Origin: Hormiphora californensis
Taxonomy: Eukaryota; Animalia; Ctenophora
Direction of reading: 5' to 3'
NCBI GenBank assembly: GCA_020137815.1
Contig: CM035358.1
Span: 6,138,001 to 6,202,000 of the forward strand
DNA: 64,000 bases
Shown here: one piece after another, positions 36,101 through 48,228 of the stretch
How positions within the stretch are numbered: position 1 is the first letter of the stretch
Layout: each line of letters starts with the position of its first letter
Translations under genes and position numbers: made by a program
Notes under the pieces: model-generated
The model's input: only the letters and a program-made list of their open reading frames with translations
Databases searched by the model: none
Told to the model about the DNA's origin: nothing

Positions 36101-36354
36101 TCATAACAACTTCTCCATTGCCGGTCATGGTAAACTAGTTCCAGTTCCTACGAATAATCACACCAGAATTTTACTGGCTTCTCCTTCTTATCATTACAAA
36201 TCACTTATCTTTCGATAAACGATATTGTTCTCTCTCGCACGTTGTCGTATTCATTCCATTTTATTGGCTGCAGCTATCTCTCCCCTCTCTCTCTTTCTCT
36301 CCCTTTCCCTCTCTCTTTCTCTTCCTTTCCCTCTCTCTTTCTCTCTCTCTCTCT

Positions 36355-36402
<48 letters not shown>

Positions 36403-37889
36403 TTCTCTCCCTTTCTCTCTCTCTCCCTTTCCCTCTCTCCCTCACCTCTCCTACTCACTATCTCCATTGCTTCCACGACTGCTCATATTCTCTCAAACAT
36501 GGTCGTTCATCAAATTTGAAATCTATGAGAATATCTCTCAGTGAAATGTGGCCTCGGTGTTCTTTATCCATCGGCGGCCTAGGATTTATCAGCTTCTATA
36601 TTGTATATGTTTCCTGTCCCTCTGATGTGTATTGTGTAGTTGTCTTAGCAAGGAGGGGGAGTGACTTTAGTTTTTGACTTAAAAACTGACATGATGTAAT
36701 TGTTTCTTGGGCAAATAGATTTTGTAGTTTGTACCGTGACATGGGGGGGACGACATGTTAATTGTTAATAAATCACCTCTTTTTTTCGATTTTGTTAATT
36801 AACGTTAATTAACAAAATTAACAAAATTAACAAATGCTAAAAGACCGTTCTTATTGGCTGATAATACGACTTTAACTGGTTTAATTTTATAGTTTAATGA
36901 CTTACCTAACGCATATATACCCAAACAAGGCCTTTTCCGATAACCTAAGTCCGACATACAGGTTTTTTGGCTCAAAATCGATTAAATTCCAAAAGTTACA
37001 AATATTTCAATTTAGCGTATAAAATCTCACTTTAACGTAATTTTTAAATTGGTAATCGATTCTTTGGACGTAATAAGATGATGTACAACGTTTCTGTTGA
37101 AAAAAGAAATGAAATTTTTCCAAAATCAATTTTTTGGTCAAAGATTGAAAATTTGCTTCGCTACAAATCCTTGTGGTTTTTTAGAAAAATTTATTTTTGG
37201 GATATTTTTCGTTTTAAGGTAAATTCATGAGTCTGACTTAATTTTTAGGGTTGGAAAATGTGGATTAGTGTCATTTGACTTCAATTGCGGTTTATTTTGG
37301 CTAGTTTTTATTAAAATTTACACAATGGAACAAATCGCTGTAAAAAAGCCGTAGTAGAGGTAGTGGTGGTATTTAAAAATCGTGCAGAAGAACAACTTTG
37401 CCGCAGAATAAGTGTTTAAATCCAAAATTAACGGGCAAAGGGGATTTAGCTGGGTCATACCTGGCCTTTGTTAACGTTTGGTTGAACGTGTGGTTAATTT
37501 TTTGTTAATAATCACCTGTTTGCTCGAGGGTGAATAGAACAAAGGGAACAAAATTACATGTCGCCACCCCCCCGTTACATGTTTTTTGGGTGGGAAAAAA
37601 AGCTCTCCACTGGGCTCTAATTCTTCGTCACTAACAGATTGCCAGGGTCCATGGTCACACATTGGGGTGCCCACTGTGTCCCCCCCCTTTTTTCCCCCCC
37701 CACCCCCGGATTTAACCCCCCCCCAAAATTTCCCCCCCCCCCTTTAACCCCCTGGAAACCCACCCTTTTAACCCCCCCTGTGAACCCCCCGCCGAAAAAC
37801 CCCCTGTGTAACCCACCCCAACTGAAGCGGGAAAAAAAAAACCCCCCAAACAAACCCCCTACCCCTGTTAATCCTTGTAACCCATCCCA

Positions 37890-38505
37890 TGAACCCCTGT
37901 GTAACCCCATCCCTGTGTAACCCCACCCCTGCACTGTGTGATCCCTGTGTAACCCCCCCCCCCCCCTGGCCCAGTGTAACCCCTGTGTAACCCCACCCCT
38001 ATCACCTATGTAACCCCACCCGACATCGCTGAGCTGTACAACCTCTGTGTAACCCCACCCCTGTGTAACCCCCCCCCCCCCCCCGGCCCAGTGTAACCCC
38101 TGTGTAACGCCATCCCTCTGTTACTAGTAGAATATGTCAGATGATGGACTAGGAGGATCCCCACCACAACCAAGAGCCCACCCCCCCCCCCCCCCCCGAA
38201 CATCACCACCACCACTGTGTAACCCCGTCCCTGACCCCTGTGTAACCCCACCCCTGTGTAACCCCATCCCTCTGTCACTAGTAGAATATGTCAGATGATG
38301 GACTAGGAGGATCCCCACCACACCACCCCTGTGTAACCCCACCCCTGTGTACCCCCACCCTCTCTAAGCTCTGTGTAACCCCTGTGTAACCCCATCCCTG
38401 TGTAACCCCACCTCTGCACCCCTGTGTAACCCCATCCCTGTGTAACCCCACTTCTCTCACTAGTAGAATATGTCAGATGATGGACTAGGAGGATCCCCAC
38501 CACAA
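37890..38505 (+). repeat. CTGTGTAACCCC array with three copies of the acceptor plus start-codon segment of the KH gene
   Basis: ACTAGTAGAATATGTCAGATGATGGACTAGGAGGATCCCCACCACA at about 38123, 38277 and 38459. Confidence 0.9.
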
Positions 38506-41433
38506 CCAAACCAAAACAAAAAACGAAGAATAAGTGACCCATCGAGCGAGGGTGATTTACCATCAAACAAACGTTACTCCTACCATGCTGTCTCGGTTAA
38601 GAGCCTCGTTCCCCATCAGGTAATTTTTGTGACGTTATAGAAGACGTAGTGACGTCATAAGTAGTTAGATTCGTTCCCCATCAGGTACATTACAGAGAAA
38701 AACTTGTAGATCTTATTGTGATTTAGTTAGATTTTACATGCTCCAGATTGAACTTGTTCTTTATTGTCCCACAAAAGACTACCCTCTCCGGACTCCGAAC
38801 TGGGCCGAAGATCTTATTTAGTTAGGTTTTAAAGTTGTGATTCTTTGTTCACTCTTTCTAATATATTCCCCATTCTACAGATAGCAGGAAAACTGCTGGG
38901 GAAGGGAGGCGAGAAAATGCGAAAAATGAAGGAAGTTGCACCTAAACTGTTCATGAGCAAGAACGATGAGTATTTTCCAAGTACTGATGAAAGAGTGCTA
39001 TTTGTCGGTGGGACCCTTGACCAGGTGAGAAAGAAACATTTCAAATATCATATAGTTATCATGGTAACTATGGTAACCATGGTAACCATGACTTCTACAT
39101 TTTAATAGTCACTGTACCCAAATGTATAATACTGTTGTCCCTATTAGGTGCTGACAGTTCTATCGGAGGTGCAAGCTAAGATAGTGGGCGCCTCTCAAGA
39201 CGTCAATACCCACCAAATGCCACCAAAATGGCGGTTAAACCAGATGAAGATTGTAGTTGCGAACTCGACCTGCAGTAAAATCATTGGCAATAAGGGAGAG
39301 GTAAGGGTATAGTGTGAGAGAGAGTGTTTGTGTGCCATCCATTAATCTTACCTTGTTTTCCTAAAGTTTTACCCCCCAAAAAACAACAAAAACTATGTTT
39401 TCTTTTAGCTGCTGCAACGGGCCTTACACATGATCAATGTTTTGCATCAATACCCCAATATATCAATGTACAATCAGACTCCCATTTACCGGGATGCTCA
39501 GGGAAAGGGTGTTTTCGCGGTAAATCGGGGTCCGCCTGTATTCCTAAATTCTGCTGTACTTTTCTCATGATTCTGGGCATTCTTCTTTTTCAATCTTGAT
39601 ACATATCTCACTGATGGACGAGTCATGCTGATCTTATACCACTCAACACTGCCTTGGCCTTCTAGCTCTCGACTATCTCTCTGTGTGGCTATTTATCTCT
39701 CTCGACTAAGCAGAGCTACTGAAGGAGAGCGAGCGTAGACAGCGAGATGACGAGAGCAGAGATACGCGAGCTGCCCAGAGTAACACAGAACGCAGCTCCT
39801 CCGACATCGCGCGACGCTCTGCATACTGACTTATACAGTCTACCCCTGAGCTGCTAGAGATCGCATCTCATATCCTCTCTGCTCATATTCTATCTCTCTC
39901 TCTCTCTGTCACTTATTCTCTCTATCTCTCTATCTCTCTCTCTCTCCCTCTCTCTCCCTCCTCTCTCTCACTCTCTCTCTCTCTCACTCCCTCTCCCTCC
40001 TCTTTCTCTCTCCGGGGCGTTGTGACCAAGAGTGCGTCCACACGCAGGTTATAAAGCGTGTGAGGGAGAGTACTGACACCAAGATTACCACGACCCCGTT
40101 GAAGCAAATCGTGGGAAACGAAAGGGTCATCACTGTTAGCGGCGAAGATGCCGACGTCATTGAGGCACTGCGCCAAATTCTTGTGTAAGTGTGTGTGATA
40201 TAGAATTCACACTCTGTGTGTGCACTGTGTGTGATATAGAATTCACACTGTGTGTGTGCACTGTGTGTGTGATATATAATCACACATTGTGTGATATATT
40301 CACACTGGCACTGCACTGTGTGTGTGTGATTCATGAAGTACTACATACACTGGCAAGCATCCAATATATCATGAAGTATTGTGTACTCTTACATTATATC
40401 GCAGCAGTGTGTTGATTCTGTCTCATGAGGTTACTTTTATAGTGCGTGTGTTACCGTACTACTACTACTACTAGACACTAGTAGTAGTGTGTTACCGTGT
40501 GTGTATTGAAGTTACTTCATATTATGAAGTGGGGATGAAGTGTGCTAACTAACTATATATCCTGTATCCAGGCTGGTCGAGGAAGATAAAGATGCGAGAC
40601 TACAAAATGATGTGTCATATAAGAAATATGCCTCTGCAGTCCACCCCTATCTAGCCAACGCTAGTGCTGGCACCTTCGCCAGTGCAGCAGCTGCTGCTGC
40701 CGTGTCCCCCTACCATCTGGGACTGGGTACTACAACAGCAACAGCCTGGCCTACTGCCCGTCCTGCCTGGGCGGATCTGGGGATGTTGGCAGGAATCCCA
40801 GTTGTCAGCAGTACATCAGCAGTAGGGGGAGGAAGTTATAGTTCCCTTGCTGGTTTGATACCTACTAGTCCGGAGAAGCAGGCAGCAGTGGCAGCTGCCA
40901 AATCGGCGGCACGTGATGTAGGATCTACACAGGCAGCACATGCCCAGGCTGCTGCCGCTGCAGCATCACTTGCAGCCGCAACAGGACAGGTGAGATATAA
41001 TTGGGGGATATGTGGTGATTTAGGTGTTTTGTTATTTGGGGGTGGTTGTCTTGCAGCGCCAAAAACGTATGTCCGGATTTTTACTAGGTCACTTTCCTTT
41101 CCGTTCCGTTCCTTTTATGCGCCAGAGGGGATCTATACTTTTACTTTTCAGTTTTCTAAAACAGTTCTACCCCAGGTTAGCCAGTTTGCCGGTGCAGCAT
41201 CCCTCAGCCCCACCGCTCTCACCCAAGCCGGTGTCAACCCTCTAGAACTACTGGGAGCAGCAGCTGCTAGTTTAGGTGCCGCAGCAGCCACGGGAAACAG
41301 TCATGTTGTTGCAAATAACGCCTCGATGATTGAATGCTTGGGAGGGTTGATTGCTCAGATAGCACGACAACAACGCCTTAACGGAGCCTCCGGGAGCACT
41401 AGTGGAGCACCAAACGGAATGAACGGGAACTGA
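38470..41433 (+). CDS. Nova/pasilla-like KH-domain RNA-binding protein (two KH domains plus an Ala-rich tail)
   Basis: Exons 38470-38619, 38881-39024, 39148-39300, 40048-40184, 40572-40989, 41176-41433, all in phase. AGKLLGKGG...MSKNDEYFPSTDERV, MKIVVANSTCSKIIGNKG...ERVITVSG and EED...NDVSY match the Nova KH1/KH2 pattern. Confidence 0.88.
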
Positions 41434-42191
41434 TATCAGATATATATATCAGTGATTAAACCAATTAAAGACAGATTATGAGAGAGTGGTTGGCGAGAAC
41501 CAGATGAAAGGGTGAAAGCCAACCAGAGAGAGAGAAAGAAGAAATAACAAACATCGAAATGGAAGGACGTTGAGAGAGAGAAAGAAAGAAAGAAATGAAG
41601 AGAGAGAGAGAGAGAGAGTGAGAGAGAAAGAGAGAGAGAGAGGGGGGCCCTCAGATCCAACAGGATCCGGGCTCGGGGGATTTAACCCTGTTTCCACATG
41701 GGACCTTACGGCCCCATGTGGGAGTGGTGCGTGTAGTGGACCGAGAGAGAGAGAGAGAGAGAGAGAGGCCTTTGTTTTTTGAAATGCCTCGTTTTACTGA
41801 TTAAACAATGTTTTTCAGTTCCTATTATCCCCCTTTTTCAACAACTTCTAATAACATACCCCATATAATATATTTAAGTGACGGTTTTTAACTTTTTTGC
41901 ATCACGTTTTTGTTGTTAAGTCCCTGTTGCAATATATATATACAAAATGTGTTGAGATACGTGTATCCTAATTTACCATGCTAACATGTTAACATGTGGT
42001 TAACATTGTTAACGTGTTACCCTTCTTGTGAGATAGTAACAGTTATTTAATGATCACTTTTACTGTCCACATATTCAACTACTATACATTATGTAACTTT
42101 ATTTATATAATAGCCTCCTTACATTAATTTCACATTTGACAGCTTTTCATCACACTATTATATATATATCATGAAATATATTGGTCTCAAG

Positions 42192-42301
42192 CAGGAACCG
42201 ACCGAATCAGGAAATATTGGTCCCTGATTGGCTGATAACCAGTCACGTGATCTAAATAACGAGTTCTGATTGGTTGTTTACTTGTTTCGCGTCGGTTCCT
42301 G
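42192..42301. mobile_element. 110-bp MITE, hAT-like ends
   Basis: CAGGAACCGAC...GTCGGTTCCTG, with 8-bp flanks GTCTCAAG/GTCTCAAA. Confidence 0.88.
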
Positions 42302-43746
42302 GTCTCAAATCTAGAGACACTTTTCTAGACAAAAACCCAAACAATATTTTGAGCGGGAGATGTTATTAAAACATTACAATTTGTGTACCTTTTTTGAAAT
42401 GCAAGCCATCAAAACCAACGTGTATATCTAGTAGTGTTTCATGTACAAATTGGCACATCTTTTTTTTTGTGTGTCAGATAAGAATTAGTTTATGTTAGAG
42501 ATAGAGAGAGAAATATATCTATTTAATATTAGTCGGAAGGAAGTCAAAAACATCAAATCAATCTAAGGAATGGAGAGGGATATCGATATATGTTATTAAA
42601 CATGTTTTTTGGTTACGCATGTTAGAGAGAGTGAGAGACAATTGTTCCCAGAGAGAAATGTTTGTGCGTGTTTGTCCATAGCTTCTAACGATAAAGTAAC
42701 TATTCAAAATTTTGTAAACAAAAGATATTGTCTCTGACTCAAGTGACGGTCATACACTAAACTTCTTCATGATACTTTGTCGTTTGAGTGCGATTAAGGA
42801 ATGTTTGCTAGGGAGTTAACACACTGTTGTCATGGTAACTAAACCGCAGGTTACCATGGTTACCATGTGTTACAGCGCCTAGCCTGGTCTGGAGGTTGGA
42901 CGTAATTTCAAATCCCATGTATGTGCGTATCACCCTATTCTTCTGGATGTGTATAAGATAAGAAATCAGTGAGCTATTGCCTCCTTTTTCGTTCTTATTA
43001 CCACAACATCACATGTATGTGTTGAACACACTTTGTTCCCCTGGTATCACTAGTAGTATTGATTCTCTGTCTGGTGACATGCCAGCTTCTGACCTGTTCA
43101 GATCGGTGCTGTGGGGTGCCAGACAGTTGATTCTCTAAACACTTCACATAATTTAGTTTCCCCCCCATTTTTGAAGTCCACCAACTAGATTGTGTTGGTA
43201 TATTTATATTTCTCAAGAGAGTGAACGTGTGTTATAATATAGGAGGTTGAAAGAGCTAATATATATATATGAAAGGATAATTTTGTGGAAAGTGTATACA
43301 TTCAGTCAGGAAATACTGGTCCCTGATTGGCTGATAACCAGTCACGTGACCTAGATAACGAGTTCTGATTGGTTGTTTACTTGTGTATACATTCAGGCTG
43401 GATTATCGGATGTAAGTTTTGTTTGTGTACACTTCAACCCTTTTTTTTCAAACAACAAAAACAATGCCTTTTACTCTAGTGTTACTTACTGTAACTTAGT
43501 GTTCTCGCTGTGTGTTAATTTGCCATTAATTGTCACAACTCACATACATGCTGTTTCCCGATCAATTGTCATGACCAGATCAGTACACTTCATCTGTCTC
43601 CTTAGCTTTCCCTTGAATTGTTGTCTGTCCCCCACCCCCTCACGTATTGTCCCCCTCACGTATTGTCCCCTCTCGCAGTCCAAAGTCTGAAAAACATTTC
43701 CAGTCATCTGAATCGTTGTGAAATCAAATGCAGTGTGAGCGCCGAG

Positions 43747-44711
43747 GGGGGGGGGGCGTCACCTTTTTTTTGCCCATTGCCCATAATCCCAGCGAATTTT
43801 GGTTTTGCCCATATGGGCAAAGTGGGCAAAAATGGGCAAAATGAAATTTTCAGTGTTATCTGTCGTTTTTTCAACTCTATAGCTTTATTTCATGTGAGAG
43901 AACAGCTCAAGTTTTGATAAAACTCGGTCATAATGGTCTCTGGTGTCTAATTAGAAGTCATTTTTTTAGTGGTCAAATCCTAAATTTAGGACTTTTTAGG
44001 TTTTTTGGCTTTTATGGGTTTCAGAAACGTCCTAGAACAAAATAGATACAAGCATCTTCCTCAGCGTTAAATTCTGCTTCGATTATAGTGGTTATAAACC
44101 TATCTATGATGTAAGGTGCAGGAGTTATTTTTTGCCCATTTGTCCCACGATTTTTGAAAAATCAGTTGTTTCCATATATGGGCAAATATGGGGGGGGTGC
44201 AGCCCAAAAAAACCAACCATACCCTGGATTTTCAAAAGTGTTGATTTTTTTTGGTCGTTTTTAATTTTTTTTGGTCGTTTTTGATTTTTTTTGATTTTTT
44301 TTGATCTTTTTTGATTTTTTTGATTTTTTTTGATCTTTTTTGATTTTTTTTTATCTTTTTTGATTTTTTTTGATCTTTTTTGATCTTTTTTGATCGTTTT
44401 TGATTTTTTTTTAATTTTTTTTGATCGTTTTTTATTTTATTTGATCGTTTTTGATTTTTTTTGAACTTTTTGTTCAACAAAAAAAATCAAAAACGATCAA
44501 AAAAAATCAAAAACGACCAAAAAAAATCAAAAGCGACCAAAAAAAATCAAAGAAATTTCAACCAAAAACGACCAAAAACGACCAAAAAAAACCAACCATA
44601 CCCTGGGTTTCGGAAAAAGTTTGAATTTTTTTGGGGCTGCACCCCCCCCCCCCAAATATGTGCAAATATGGGCAAAAATAAAGGTGACGCCCCCCCCCCC
44701 CCCCCCCCCCC
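43747..44711. mobile_element. Second poly-G-ended non-autonomous DNA transposon
   Basis: G(n)CGTCACCTTT...AAAGGTGACGC(n), with an 8-bp duplication GCGCCGAG and internal inverted (TTTTTGATC)-type arrays. Confidence 0.88.
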
Positions 44712-45095
44712 GCGCCGAGCGGGTGTGAGCTACACAATACACATCACTTTCCATGATCATTGATCGCCTGATCAAGTGTGTATTGGTATATATCTGTGTG
44801 ACTGGCTGGCAGCTCTAACCCCTGTGTCCCCTGGCCCCTCCCCCGTGTCCCTCTAACCCCCTGTTTTCTCTAACCCCCTGTTTCCTCCCACCCCCTGTCC
44901 TCAGCTCTAACCCCTGTGTCCCCTGGCCCCTCCCCCGTGTCCCTCTAACCCCCTGTTTTCTCTAACCCCCTGTTTTCTCTCACCCCCTGTCCTCAGCTCT
45001 AACCCCTGTGTCCCCTGGCCCCTCCCCCGTGTCCCTCTAACATCCGTTCTCTCTAACACCGTGTTCCTCTAACCTCCCTGTTTTCTCCCTGAAGG

Positions 45096-46518
45096 ATGGA
45101 ACTGCGTGGTAGAATCCTCATCTACACACAGCCCGGCTGCAGGGAATGCATGAGCACCAAAACCAAACTTGAATCCCTCCTCCTGCCATACACAGAAGTA
45201 GACCTCTCCCTTCACCCGGAGAGAAGGTACGAAGTGGAAAACTCCTCAACCCCACAGATATACTTTAACGACCACCACGTGGGAGGGTACTACGAGCTGA
45301 TAGAACTGGAGAGCACTGGTCAGCTTGATAGTATGATAGAAAGGGTGAAGACTACACCGGCCCCAGACACAGCCCCGCGTCCTCCTGAGAGCGTGATGGG
45401 GTCAATATCTGGTGGTATTCCTGGGGTATCATTGAATAGGATCAGATTGGAGCAGCTGTTAGTGAGGTTGGGTAATTGCGGGTTGTTAGGGTCACATCGC
45501 CGTCTGTTAACCACCCACCACTACTCATTCTACGGCAGGGAGCTGGTTGAGTGGCTGGTTAAGGAGGAGGGGTTGTCACTTCAAGATGCTATGAATACAG
45601 GTGGAGATTTAGTTAAGGAGGGTCTGATAGCACACGTAGCTGATCCAAGTCACCCTTTTGTAGACTCACACGAGCTTATTCAAAGTTGTAGGTGCCTACC
45701 ATCCATCCTGCCCTTAACTCGGGCCTCACTCACAGTGGGTTCGATCTCTCCGCCAGTAAGATTACAGAGAACCTCCGGAAGAGTATCACATCAGCTACAT
45801 GGGAAACACGTCTCAGAGGATGGGAATAAAGTGGACTATGAGGCAATTCAAATCTGATGTAGAGTTTGCTAAATACGTTATGACGTCACAGTTATTGCAG
45901 AGAGTTGACCCAAAACTGTTGGCCAAGGATGATAAATCAGCATTTTTCATCAACATCTACAATTCCCTGATAATTCATGGTATTGTAAGTCGGGGTGCTC
46001 CCTCAAACCACCTTACCAGAATAGGATTTTTCAAGAAGGTGAGTTATGTGATCGGTGGATTAAACTACTCCCTAAACGATATTGAGAATGGTGTACTGCG
46101 AGGAAACAAAAAGGGAATGATAGATCTAACCCGGCCCTTTTCATCAACAGACCCTCGGGTAGGTGTGGCGGTGAAAGAGGTCGACCCTCGGATCCATTTC
46201 GCCCTAAATTGTGGAAGCAAGGGCTGTCCACCGATTAGGGTTTACAGTACAGACAAACTGGACTCCCAACTGACCCGAGCAACCAAGAGTTTCCTAGTGT
46301 CCGGGGGCTGTGAAGTGGACGGAGAGAGTCGGAGGGTGTTTTTATCCCCCATATTGAAATGGTATAGTACTGACTTTGGGAAGACTGAAGGGGACATGCT
46401 GAAATGGGTTTGCAAGTTTATTGGTACTACAGAGAAGGGGAGGTTGCTGCAGGAACTGGTCGATACTAAACAGTATCGTATTGTCTGGCAGGGTTATGAC
46501 TGGGGTTTAAATCATTAA
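45096..46518 (+). CDS. Glutaredoxin + DEP + DUF547 domain protein (frameshifted at about 45680-45855)
   Basis: YTQPGCREC...TPQIYFN..VGG (Grx), FYGRELVEWL (DEP), and AFFINIYN, YSLNDIENGVLRGN, DPRIHFALNCGSKGCP, LKWYSTDFG (DUF547), split over two ORFs. Confidence 0.88.
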
Positions 46519-46716
46519 ATATTTATTTAATATTAAATATTTATTGAACTCTAATCTTTTAGAAAGGTTTATCAGAGCGTTTTTAGAAAGAATGGTAGTT
46601 GCAGTATTTATTGTGTCTAATCGTTGTAGTGTTTTCAGATTGAATATTTAAACTTTTTAAACTCCCTGTTTTTGTTGTGTCTCTACTCCCCCCCCCCCCC
46701 CCCCCCCGGTCCCCCA

Positions 46717-46782
46717 CTGTCTGGCGGCGCCAGACCCCATTTGATTCTCAAATGCGCTCAGATGGGTCGCGGCGCCAGACAG
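46717..46782. mobile_element. 66-bp MITE with a perfect 8-bp TSD
   Basis: GTCCCCCA|CTGTCTGGCG...CGCCAGACAG|GTCCCCCA. Confidence 0.9.
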
Positions 46783-46825
46783 GTCCCCCATCGCTAATAC
46801 CCATCCGTGTCACCCCAGTGTCAAC

Positions 46826-48052
46826 ATGACCGCTGGGGAACAGCCCAGTCCTGATTTGTCAATGACTACACTTGAAAGTAGTACTACAAAAGATCAGCCG
46901 CGGACAGAAGGTCAACATTGTGTGATCAGGCCAGAAAAGGAGGAGACTGTGAGAGTGAGTAATCCTTCAGAAAAGGAGGAGGTGAGAGTGAGTAATCATT
47001 CAGAAAAGGAGGAGGTGAGAGCGAGGAATCCCTCTGAAGAACTATTGAGTGTTCTGAAAGCTTCCTACAATACAACAGAAATAGAAGTTGCAGTGGGGAA
47101 TGAGAATGAGTCAGTTGAAATGGTCGATGATCCAGGAGAGCAGGTTTCAGTACATTTTATGGCAGAGAACGACATCTCGACTGATGAAATTTCCCCAAAA
47201 ACCCATAATATTCTACAGGGGGACTCGGGAGAAGTTGTCTTAGAGGAAGCAGCTGTTGTCTCGCTGGAGCAGGAAATGGAGGTAGTTGATGAGGGAATGA
47301 GACAAACAACACCACCAGCTAAACAGCGTGACGATAAAATGGAAGAATCTGCTGATGATGAGATATCGATTAAAACCGAAGATCACATCTCTGGAGATCA
47401 CGTGATCTCATTGGACCAAGAAATGACTGAAGATATTTCCACCTCTACCGAAAACACGAACCCTGGTCATATTTCCACCTCGCAAACTACTGAAACCCCT
47501 GCTCATAGAACTGAGACTACTACCACAATAGACCCACCACCTAGTGATACGTTCTGTATACACTGCAGATGGACAGCCCCTTCTCAAAAGATCCTTCAAG
47601 TCCACCAGACATCCCAGCACTTCAAGGTCGCAAAACTAAGGTTCCATTGCCCTATCCACGGCAGGTTTAACGATTTTACCCGCTACTACGAACACTTCAA
47701 ATCAGACCACCGTCTATCAGAATCAGAGTTATTTGTTTGTGCGCATTGTCGGGAGGTATTTCTATCTGAGGAGAAGAGAACAGGACACATTGAAAGCACA
47801 CATGCAGTTACTAAACCTGTGCGATGTGTTTGTATGATTTGTTATCAGACCTTTAATAGTTGGGGGACTTTGAATAGGCACAATAAGAAGGTGCACCCTG
47901 TAGCTACACGGGGTAAATATATCACCCTCCCTCTACCTTATGTAGTGTTGGAATGCTCTGTTTGTGAGATAGTGTGTGAAACTAAGGAGAGGTTAACAGA
48001 TCATATCATGGAAGTTCATCGTGAGGATGTCTTTAATATTTCAACTATCTAA
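46826..48052 (+). CDS. C2H2 zinc-finger protein with an acidic N-terminal half
   Basis: 408-aa ORF with about five Cx2C...Hx3-4H fingers, one of them degenerate. An acceptor-like CCCCAG lies just upstream of the ATG. Confidence 0.85.
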   Translation: MTAGEQPSPDLSMTTLESSTTKDQPRTEGQHCVIRPEKEETVRVSNPSEKEEVRVSNHSEKEEVRARNPSEELLSVLKASYNTTEIEVAVGNENESVEMVDDPGEQVSVHFMAENDISTDEISPKTHNILQGDSGEVVLEEAAVVSLEQEMEVVDEGMRQTTPPAKQRDDKMEESADDEISIKTEDHISGDHVISLDQEMTEDISTSTENTNPGHISTSQTTETPAHRTETTTTIDPPPSDTFCIHCRWTAPSQKILQVHQTSQHFKVAKLRFHCPIHGRFNDFTRYYEHFKSDHRLSESELFVCAHCREVFLSEEKRTGHIESTHAVTKPVRCVCMICYQTFNSWGTLNRHNKKVHPVATRGKYITLPLPYVVLECSVCEIVCETKERLTDHIMEVHREDVFNISTI

Positions 48053-48228
48053 AATACTACAGTACATAATATTGGGTATTTGATTTTATATTAATCACAC
48101 GTTATTTTTATAGATTTGTTTTTAAAATTGATTATTTTTATACCGTTTAATTATCCCTTATGTATTGCATCTATCTCCCGACTCCACTGAACACGCCTAA
48201 AATTATATCCCATTATATTTTAGACGCC

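Noticed and set aside
36500-37890. Odd homopolymer-rich sequence and a broken PSMB2 last exon (similar texture at 39330-40040)
   Set aside because: This looks like low-quality consensus and was not interpreted biologically.
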